The notes under the pieces were generated by a model. It was not told where the DNA came from, ran no database searches, and saw nothing but the letters and a program-made list of their open reading frames with translations. This document shows positions 58,211 through 64,000 of a stretch of 64,000 nucleotides of DNA, in pieces. A program made the position numbers and the translations under genes. The stretch lies in the sequence record NC_042136.1; one strand, 5' to 3'. Position 1 is the stretch's first letter, and the number at the start of each line of letters is the position of its first letter.

Positions 58211-58806
58211 TTGTATTACCTTTAAGCGAAGGCTGGGTACGATCAATAGCGATAGACCCATCTACTAAACGGATGGGTATATCGGTTATCGACATTAACT
58301 TAACGGAATGTGCGAAGTTTAAACTACAATGGGTGGAAACCATCCATGGTGAGAAACTGGAACATTACGGATCAGTTAACTATGATGACGACGGTGCGGT
58401 ACAATCTCGTATCCACGGTCTCTCTAAGAGCTATCGCCAACTCTTAGAGTTCTTTAAACCAACGATAGCGGTGTGTGAGGATAACTTCTTAGGAGCGTCC
58501 CCAGATACCTTTAAACGGTTAATAGAAGCTGTGTCTCTCTTACGTATGGAAACGGAATCCTACGGTGAAGGGTTGTACATGGTCAACGTTCCTCCTCGAG
58601 TTGCCAAAGAAACTGTTGGCGCTAACTTCAAAGGAACACAAAAAGAAGACGTGACCAAAGGGATCAAGAAGTACGAGGCGATTGATCTTAACGGACACGA
58701 CTTGGATGTACTCGATGAACACTCTATCGATGCTATAGCGATAAACTTAACGGTGTGTGAAAGAATCGCTAAAGATAGAGGAAAGTTCTATGAGTCAAAA
58801 AAATAA
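58207..58806 (+). CDS. ruvC: RuvC-like Holliday junction resolvase
   Basis: RNase H-fold catalytic pattern IAIDPSTKRMGISV, IAVCEDNF, KETVG...KEDV, EHSIDAIAI. Confidence 0.8.
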   Translation: MIVLPLSEGWVRSIAIDPSTKRMGISVIDINLTECAKFKLQWVETIHGEKLEHYGSVNYDDDGAVQSRIHGLSKSYRQLLEFFKPTIAVCEDNFLGASPDTFKRLIEAVSLLRMETESYGEGLYMVNVPPRVAKETVGANFKGTQKEDVTKGIKKYEAIDLNGHDLDVLDEHSIDAIAINLTVCERIAKDRGKFYESKK

Positions 58807-59155
58807 AGAACAACCTCAAACTTCCACTGAAGGCATCGTCCTAGGTAAATGGGGGACACGATTCCGTACGTTGTGTGGGATCGTCGCTGTACTTACTACT
58901 TGCTGGGTATCTTACTCTGGCATGAGTTCTATAGTAGCGTCTGTTAATGCTGGGAAAGGTTGGCCGAGTGACATGACTGTATTCCTTATTACGTTTGGCC
59001 CTGTGGCTATAGCGTGGCAATACATGAGTGTTAACAAACTGTTGTCCTTGTTATTCAGTTCTAATGATCCAACCGCGATCAATCTTAAAGATCGTTTGCG
59101 TGGGTTCTTGGATCCGAATGCGAAACCGGAAGGGAAGACCACAGGTTCTTCTTAA
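58790..59155 (+). CDS. two-TM membrane protein, candidate class II holin
   Basis: ATG 58790 with SD GAGGA (track start 58757); two hydrophobic helices and charged C-tail. Confidence 0.5.
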   Translation: MSQKNKEQPQTSTEGIVLGKWGTRFRTLCGIVAVLTTCWVSYSGMSSIVASVNAGKGWPSDMTVFLITFGPVAIAWQYMSVNKLLSLLFSSNDPTAINLKDRLRGFLDPNAKPEGKTTGSS

Positions 59156-59168
59156 TTAAAAAGTAATA

Positions 59169-59202
59169 AAACTCCCTACCTCCTTTCGGGGGTAGGGAGT
59201 TT
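59169..59202. terminator. bidirectional terminator hairpin with CCTACC core
   Basis: 15-bp stem AAACTCCCTACCTCC/GGGGGTAGGGAGTTT between convergent genes. Confidence 0.85.
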
Positions 59203-59218
59203 CTATGCAATTTGCGGA

Positions 59219-59716
59219 TTACTTGCTATCATCCGGGGGTTGTGCTTCTAAGATAGCATAGATGCGATTTAGCGTTTTAATCAATTGGTTAACGGTGGTC
59301 TTGGCTCCGTGGAGCTGTTCATTCCCGTCATCCGCTCGGTTAGCTAATTCGATCGAATAAATAACGGTGGTTAACAAGCAACTCTTAGGAACTGGGTCAC
59401 CCTCACACTGATGAGAGTCCAAGAACACTTTAAGTGCTTCCAGTTCACTCGGTGGGAAGACAGGCGGATCTTCCTTTAGATACGGTGGAATGTCAACCAC
59501 ACTGCTTCTTAACGAACCAATGTTTGCCCGGATGACATCCATCTTTGCTATTTCTGTTTCAGCTTTAAGTTGAGCTGAGCCTTCTACAAAACTCGGTTGG
59601 TTACTACACCCCGTCATGAAATAAATCGCGACGAGAACCAAGATAGCGGTTATCCCTAATTTACTTATCAGGAATCTCAGTATCCCCAACCAACGGAACA
59701 GGGTCAATAGGTACAC
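59219..59716 (-). CDS. lipoprotein, candidate o-spanin
   Basis: GTG start 9 nt after AAGGAG; signal peptide with lipobox MTG-C(37), Ser at +2; Pro-rich IPPYLKEDPPVFPP then helix. Confidence 0.6.
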   Translation of the reverse strand: MYLLTLFRWLGILRFLISKLGITAILVLVAIYFMTGCSNQPSFVEGSAQLKAETEIAKMDVIRANIGSLRSSVVDIPPYLKEDPPVFPPSELEALKVFLDSHQCEGDPVPKSCLLTTVIYSIELANRADDGNEQLHGAKTTVNQLIKTLNRIYAILEAQPPDDSK

Positions 59717-60047
59717 TAGGTATTACTCCTTCCATTTCATTTTGATATTTTGACATTAACTCATTGTACGTCTCATTTCGGTTCGTTCTTTTTTCTTGTA
59801 AGAACTGACTGAGAGCTAAGTTACTGGCACGGTTCTGGTTCACTAGGTCACGAGACTCTTTATTGAGCGCTTGAAGTGATTCCACCACTTGTTCCATGCG
59901 ACCAATAGTTTCGTCGGACATTCCCTTAGAACGACCAGAAAAAACGTTAGCGGTACTTAATAAAACGATTACTATCAGTAACCCCACGACGGTACCGAAT
60001 TGTACGGTACTCCATGCCATGTTTTTGTCACGATCAGGCATAATCAT
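59661..60047 (-). CDS. single-TM coiled-coil protein, candidate i-spanin
   Basis: N-terminal TM FGTVVGLLIVIVLLST then coiled coil; 3' end overlaps lipoprotein gene by 56 bp. Confidence 0.55.
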   Translation of the reverse strand: MIMPDRDKNMAWSTVQFGTVVGLLIVIVLLSTANVFSGRSKGMSDETIGRMEQVVESLQALNKESRDLVNQNRASNLALSQFLQEKRTNRNETYNELMSKYQNEMEGVIPSVPIDPVPLVGDTEIPDK

Positions 60048-61279
60048 AGATCCTTGAATATCGAATAGATTTTGAAGTGATAAGCTTCGACCAAAGTATG
60101 AGGATGAGACCAGTTCACTTTATCATGGTACAGATCACCCCCGTTATCGGGACCCGTGGAATAATCCATCGGCACATCTAGTAAACGAACATCAAAATCT
60201 AACAGTCTACGTCCTGCTCCCTCGCGATGTCGGTACGTTGGGAAACGTCCGTCCGAAAACATCACTGGATGATGGAAACGATCTTCCGTTGCGAAAGTCG
60301 TTGGAAACGTATATTGTTCCAGTGGAGAAATGTCAACGCCGATATACGGGTTGGATAGCACCACTAAGAAACTATTAAAGTTAGTGAATAGTTCCTCGAT
60401 GACCTTAGGGTTATCTAAGAGTCCAGCTTCGACAATACCGCTTTTACAATTAGCGATGTTGTCCAAGTCAATGTGCTTCGCTGATTGGATCAGTAAACGA
60501 CCTAAGTCCAAAGCACGTAAATCTATACGGATAGTGTTATGTCCTGTTTTAGCCACCGCAGGAGCACCACAAATCAGTTTGCCTGCTACTACGAACCAAA
60601 TGGTCTCATGTAAAACATCGCGATCTAGCGTGACGTATACGGCGTGTTTCTTGAGATCGATGTCCATGGACTCGGCTTTAAATGGAAGAGTCTCTACACT
60701 AGATATTCCTTTAAAGTCCAATGCACCGACGTGACCTTGATCATTTATCTGGAAATTCTTACCTGCACCTTCCAAATAAATGCCTTCTGGACGTCCGTGC
60801 GCTCGAACAAAATAACCGTTATAAGTAAACAACGTCGTTTGTACGAACAAAGGATAATTAGGATTAGCGACCTCGATATGTTTTACCAAGATATCTTTCG
60901 CACCCACGGCGGTGACTTGGGGTTGTCGTCCTCCGGCGAGTTCCATGCGAGCTGGGAGTAGTTTGTATCCCATGAGTTGTAAGTCTTCAGCACGGACATA
61001 ATAAAACTGTTCACCGATCTTCCCGGTGAAGGTTTTTAAAGGTACTTTTTCTTTGGTGTCTAACCAATCTTGAACTGAGCCTTTAAAGTCAATGGTTTCT
61101 GTGCGGTAATCCGACATATCAATCGTTGACTCTTTGAGTAAAAGCTTATCGTAAACCGTAATGAACAAAGCACGTGTCTTACTAACCACGTCACCGAGCT
61201 TGGCGTTTTCTATGTTCAACGGTTGCAGACCAGCCAAGTCTCCTTGGAAGGCCCCGATAGCTCGTCTGTAAAGATACAT
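60044..61279 (-). CDS. virion structural protein (phiKZ gp130-like)
   Basis: 411 aa; synteny with tail fibre locus. Confidence 0.5.
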   Translation of the reverse strand: MYLYRRAIGAFQGDLAGLQPLNIENAKLGDVVSKTRALFITVYDKLLLKESTIDMSDYRTETIDFKGSVQDWLDTKEKVPLKTFTGKIGEQFYYVRAEDLQLMGYKLLPARMELAGGRQPQVTAVGAKDILVKHIEVANPNYPLFVQTTLFTYNGYFVRAHGRPEGIYLEGAGKNFQINDQGHVGALDFKGISSVETLPFKAESMDIDLKKHAVYVTLDRDVLHETIWFVVAGKLICGAPAVAKTGHNTIRIDLRALDLGRLLIQSAKHIDLDNIANCKSGIVEAGLLDNPKVIEELFTNFNSFLVVLSNPYIGVDISPLEQYTFPTTFATEDRFHHPVMFSDGRFPTYRHREGAGRRLLDFDVRLLDVPMDYSTGPDNGGDLYHDKVNWSHPHTLVEAYHFKIYSIFKDL

Positions 61280-61357
61280 TATAGATTGTCTCCTAGGTGA
61301 ATTCTATAGAATCGTATCGATACTTGGACGATTTGACACTAACATAAGGCCTTTGTT

Positions 61358-63796
61358 ATGAGTTACCTAAATTATCCTTGGAACCCCTTTGGGGACAATC
61401 CAGAATGTTTGGTACCGAACGAGTCTGTTACTGCTTTAGGTGACGAGCGTGATCTATTGGTCCCTCGCTACGGCCCGTTCTTTGAGAAAGATTTCATTCT
61501 TAAAGATGCGCAAACGGGTGCCGTACTAAAGCCGGGACGAGACTTTGTATTCGTGTACCCATTCGTGGAGTTCATTAAGCAATACAGCCGTACCGTTTAC
61601 GGCGGTTTAACGTTACTAAGTAGTGGTAAGAACCGACAGCTCACGATCGAGTCTTACAAAACACTTGGTGAACCGTTTACGATGTCTGACCAAGACTTCA
61701 TCAATTTGTCTGCCAGCATCATCCACACCGATCGCATCGCGAACTGGAGTCAAGTCGTTAACCTTCCTATGGAAGGCTTCCCACCGGACCCGCACGCTCA
61801 CGAACCTGATCTTACTTACAACTATCAAGCATTGATCGATGTTCTTACCCGACTTGATCAGGGACAACGTGACGAGTTCAATAACCCTACCGTGGCGTCT
61901 GAACTCGTAGAACACATCAACAAAGCCTTTAAGTTAGCTCACCCTAGTGCTTCAGCGGAAGACTTTAACCTAGGTAAAGTGGCTAACTTTGCCCCGGCTA
62001 CGGATGCTGACTTAGCGGGTAACTCCGATCAGTTATACTTAACCCTTGCTAAAGGTCGTAAACTAACGGAACAAATCCTAGATGACTTAGGATTAACTCC
62101 TGATACGGATCCCGTTGCACCGGGTGACACTGAAGATCTCGATGCCCCTATCACGCTTAAAGAAGCCCTAGCGTTGTTCTTATCTAAAGAAGGACTCTTG
62201 GGGGAAGTGCATGTCGAAGGCAGTGCTGCTCAGCGTGAGGCTCGTTTAAACTTAGGTCTTAAGTCGGGTGCTGTGGCAGAAGTTGTACAAGCGTTAGGCA
62301 CGTCTATTCGTGACGTGGTTTCTCAAAAGTTATTAACTGAAGAACTGGCTAAGAAAGTTCCTGAAACCCGTAAGATCAACGGTAAACCATTAACATCTGA
62401 CATTACCATTGATTCAGACTCAGCAGGTACTTATCCTAAGAAATACATCGATGATGAGCTGAATAAAAAGTTCGATAAAGCGAACGTCGTTCAAGCCACA
62501 GGTTCTGCGACAGATAAAGTCATCTCTCAAAAAGTGGTGACGGATGAGTTGAGCACCAAAGTCCCGAATAGTCGCAAGGTCAATGGTAAGCCGTTGACTT
62601 CGGATATTTCTTTAGGTCCAGCGGATGTCGGTACTTATTCTAAATCAGAGATCGATGCTAACGACAAAGCAATTCGTGATGCGGCGGTATTGAAAGCACA
62701 ACTATCGGAGTCTACTGGTAATAACACCGAGATAGCAATGTCTCAAAAAGGTGTGACTAACGCTATCAATACTCGTGTGCCTAATGGTCGAAGAGTTAAC
62801 GGTAAACCCCTATCGTCTGATATCACTCTTAATGCTGGTGACGTAGGTGCTTACTCTAAATCAGAAGCAGACAATCGTTACAACAATTACATCTTGAAAT
62901 CTCGTATGACGAACTCTACTGGGTCGTCAACAAATTACGTGATGACTCAAAAAGGTGTAACTGACCAGCTTAATGATAAAGTACCACGTTCTCGTAAGGT
63001 AAATGGTAAGGTCTTAACCTCAGACATCACTTTGAATGCATCTGACGTAGGGGCTTATACCAAAGCGGAAGTAGACGCTCGAGATAAGAACTACATTCCT
63101 AAGTCAGCAATGACGAATTACATGGGAACATCGACTAACCACGTCGTGACTCAAAAAGGGGTGTATGACGCCATCTTGGGTCGTGTACCTACTAACCGTA
63201 CGGTGAACGGGAAAGCACTAACTGGTAACATCACGTTATCCGCAGGGGATGTGGGCGCTTACACTAAGTCCGAGGTAAATGCTCGAGATAATAATAAGCT
63301 CGATAAATCTAAACTCGTTCAAGGTGTTGGTCCTTATTCTGATAATATCATGTCGCAAAAAGCGGTGACAGACGAACTCTATAAACGAGTCCCTACGTCC
63401 CGTAAAGTGAACGGGAAAGCACTAACTGGTAACATCACACTGACCGCTTCCGACATTGGTTTATCTAATGTAGAAAACAAAAAGTGGACGAAGATCAAAA
63501 CTGGTACCGCTTCTTGGAACTTAGCAAACGGACGAGACGTATACCGTGGTGAGTTCTACACCGGGGTAATTAACGGCGGTCGTCGTTTTGATGAAGCTCG
63601 TTATAAACTGGTGTTAGAAACCGATAGTCGAGTAGAAAGTTCTAACCCGAATGCGTGTTGGTGGTCTTGTTGGCACCGTCTAGAGTTCCGTCAATACTGG
63701 AATAAAGGTAACCAACTATGGGGTCGTGTTTACTGTTCTGGTAACGCGATTACCTCTGGTAAGGTTGACGGCTGGCAGCTTTGGGAATGGCGTTAA
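61358..63796 (+). CDS. tail fibre / receptor-binding protein
   Basis: baseplate-attachment-like N-terminus, six 68-72-aa repeats with SQKxVT and NGKxLxxDITL, Trp-rich C-terminal domain. Confidence 0.8.
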   Translation: MSYLNYPWNPFGDNPECLVPNESVTALGDERDLLVPRYGPFFEKDFILKDAQTGAVLKPGRDFVFVYPFVEFIKQYSRTVYGGLTLLSSGKNRQLTIESYKTLGEPFTMSDQDFINLSASIIHTDRIANWSQVVNLPMEGFPPDPHAHEPDLTYNYQALIDVLTRLDQGQRDEFNNPTVASELVEHINKAFKLAHPSASAEDFNLGKVANFAPATDADLAGNSDQLYLTLAKGRKLTEQILDDLGLTPDTDPVAPGDTEDLDAPITLKEALALFLSKEGLLGEVHVEGSAAQREARLNLGLKSGAVAEVVQALGTSIRDVVSQKLLTEELAKKVPETRKINGKPLTSDITIDSDSAGTYPKKYIDDELNKKFDKANVVQATGSATDKVISQKVVTDELSTKVPNSRKVNGKPLTSDISLGPADVGTYSKSEIDANDKAIRDAAVLKAQLSESTGNNTEIAMSQKGVTNAINTRVPNGRRVNGKPLSSDITLNAGDVGAYSKSEADNRYNNYILKSRMTNSTGSSTNYVMTQKGVTDQLNDKVPRSRKVNGKVLTSDITLNASDVGAYTKAEVDARDKNYIPKSAMTNYMGTSTNHVVTQKGVYDAILGRVPTNRTVNGKALTGNITLSAGDVGAYTKSEVNARDNNKLDKSKLVQGVGPYSDNIMSQKAVTDELYKRVPTSRKVNGKALTGNITLTASDIGLSNVENKKWTKIKTGTASWNLANGRDVYRGEFYTGVINGGRRFDEARYKLVLETDSRVESSNPNACWWSCWHRLEFRQYWNKGNQLWGRVYCSGNAITSGKVDGWQLWEWR
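62300..63460 (+). repeat. coding tandem repeats in tail fibre
   Basis: NGK codons at 62378, 62582, 62798, 63002, 63206, 63410 (spacing 204, 216, 204, 204, 204 nt). Confidence 0.9.
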
Positions 63797-63804
63797 TTTA
63801 AACT

Positions 63805-63844
63805 TATTAAGTCTGGGGGTTCGAGAGAACCCCCGGGCTTAATA
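63805..63844 (+). terminator. intrinsic terminator hairpin
   Basis: 18-bp stem with G-U pairs, GAGA loop. Confidence 0.8.
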
Positions 63845-63950
63845 TTTTATTACTCCCCTTAGGATTTTATGATATTGACCAAAGAGGTTACCCCATTATT
63901 CATTTCCTTCCACCTTACGGTGTGACAGGAACTACCCGTAAGGACAGATT

Positions 63951-64000
63951 ATGAATCTACCTGAAATTAAACAGTTCCGAGTAGACGTCTCCGGTAAGTC
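63951..64000 (+). CDS. 5' end of next gene (possibly a tail-fibre-family paralogue), truncated by window
   Basis: SD AAGGA then MNLPEIKQFRVDVSGK. Confidence 0.5.
   Translation, partial: MNLPEIKQFRVDVSGK

Noticed and set aside
988-61915. Many 60-155-aa antisense or out-of-frame ORFs inside long genes (e.g. 988-1284, 52304-52771, 60330-60734)
   Set aside because: Fully nested in well-supported genes, no SD, composition typical of shadow frames
62300-63460. Regular repeats as a CRISPR-like array
   Set aside because: In-frame, codon-degenerate protein repeats without unique spacers
63480-63900. Diversity-generating retroelement targeting the fibre tip
   Set aside because: No reverse transcriptase and no template repeat of the 3' region in the window
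1-64000. Stop-codon reassignment
   Set aside because: Standard code gives dense, full-length genes; no fragmentation at TAG or TGA

Overview
This window is a segment of a phiKZ-like jumbo myophage genome (Chimalliviridae-type, the nucleus-forming clade). The assignment rests on sequence motifs plus gene order recalled from phiKZ; no database search was run, and phiKZ gp numbers are synteny-based recollection. In order it holds: the N-terminal/exonuclease half of a split family-B DNA polymerase, a large virion operon (baseplate-like proteins and a tandem array of paralogous internal head proteins carrying G-x-E prohead-protease sites), an early accessory block, a DnaB helicase, the major capsid protein, a non-virion RNA polymerase beta-subunit fragment, the portal, baseplate-like proteins, a RuvC-like resolvase, a candidate holin/i-spanin/o-spanin set and a repeat-rich tail fibre. 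The most interesting unexplained signals are: (1) a dispersed family of small Gly/Ala-rich membrane proteins behind an early-promoter motif, two loci sharing an identical 48-bp promoter block; (2) a probable head-packaged protein with M48-like zinc-metalloprotease motifs and a membrane segment; (3) a shared CCTACC...GGTAGG hairpin core at all five convergent gene junctions and none of the co-directional terminators examined; (4) a 94% AT stretch fused to a branched inverted-repeat element (origin-like); (5) an early protein with degenerate PolB motif B/C-like strings. The 261-bp duplication flanking an N at 57003 is most likely an assembly artefact. No CRISPR array, tRNA, rRNA, integrase or transposase was seen.
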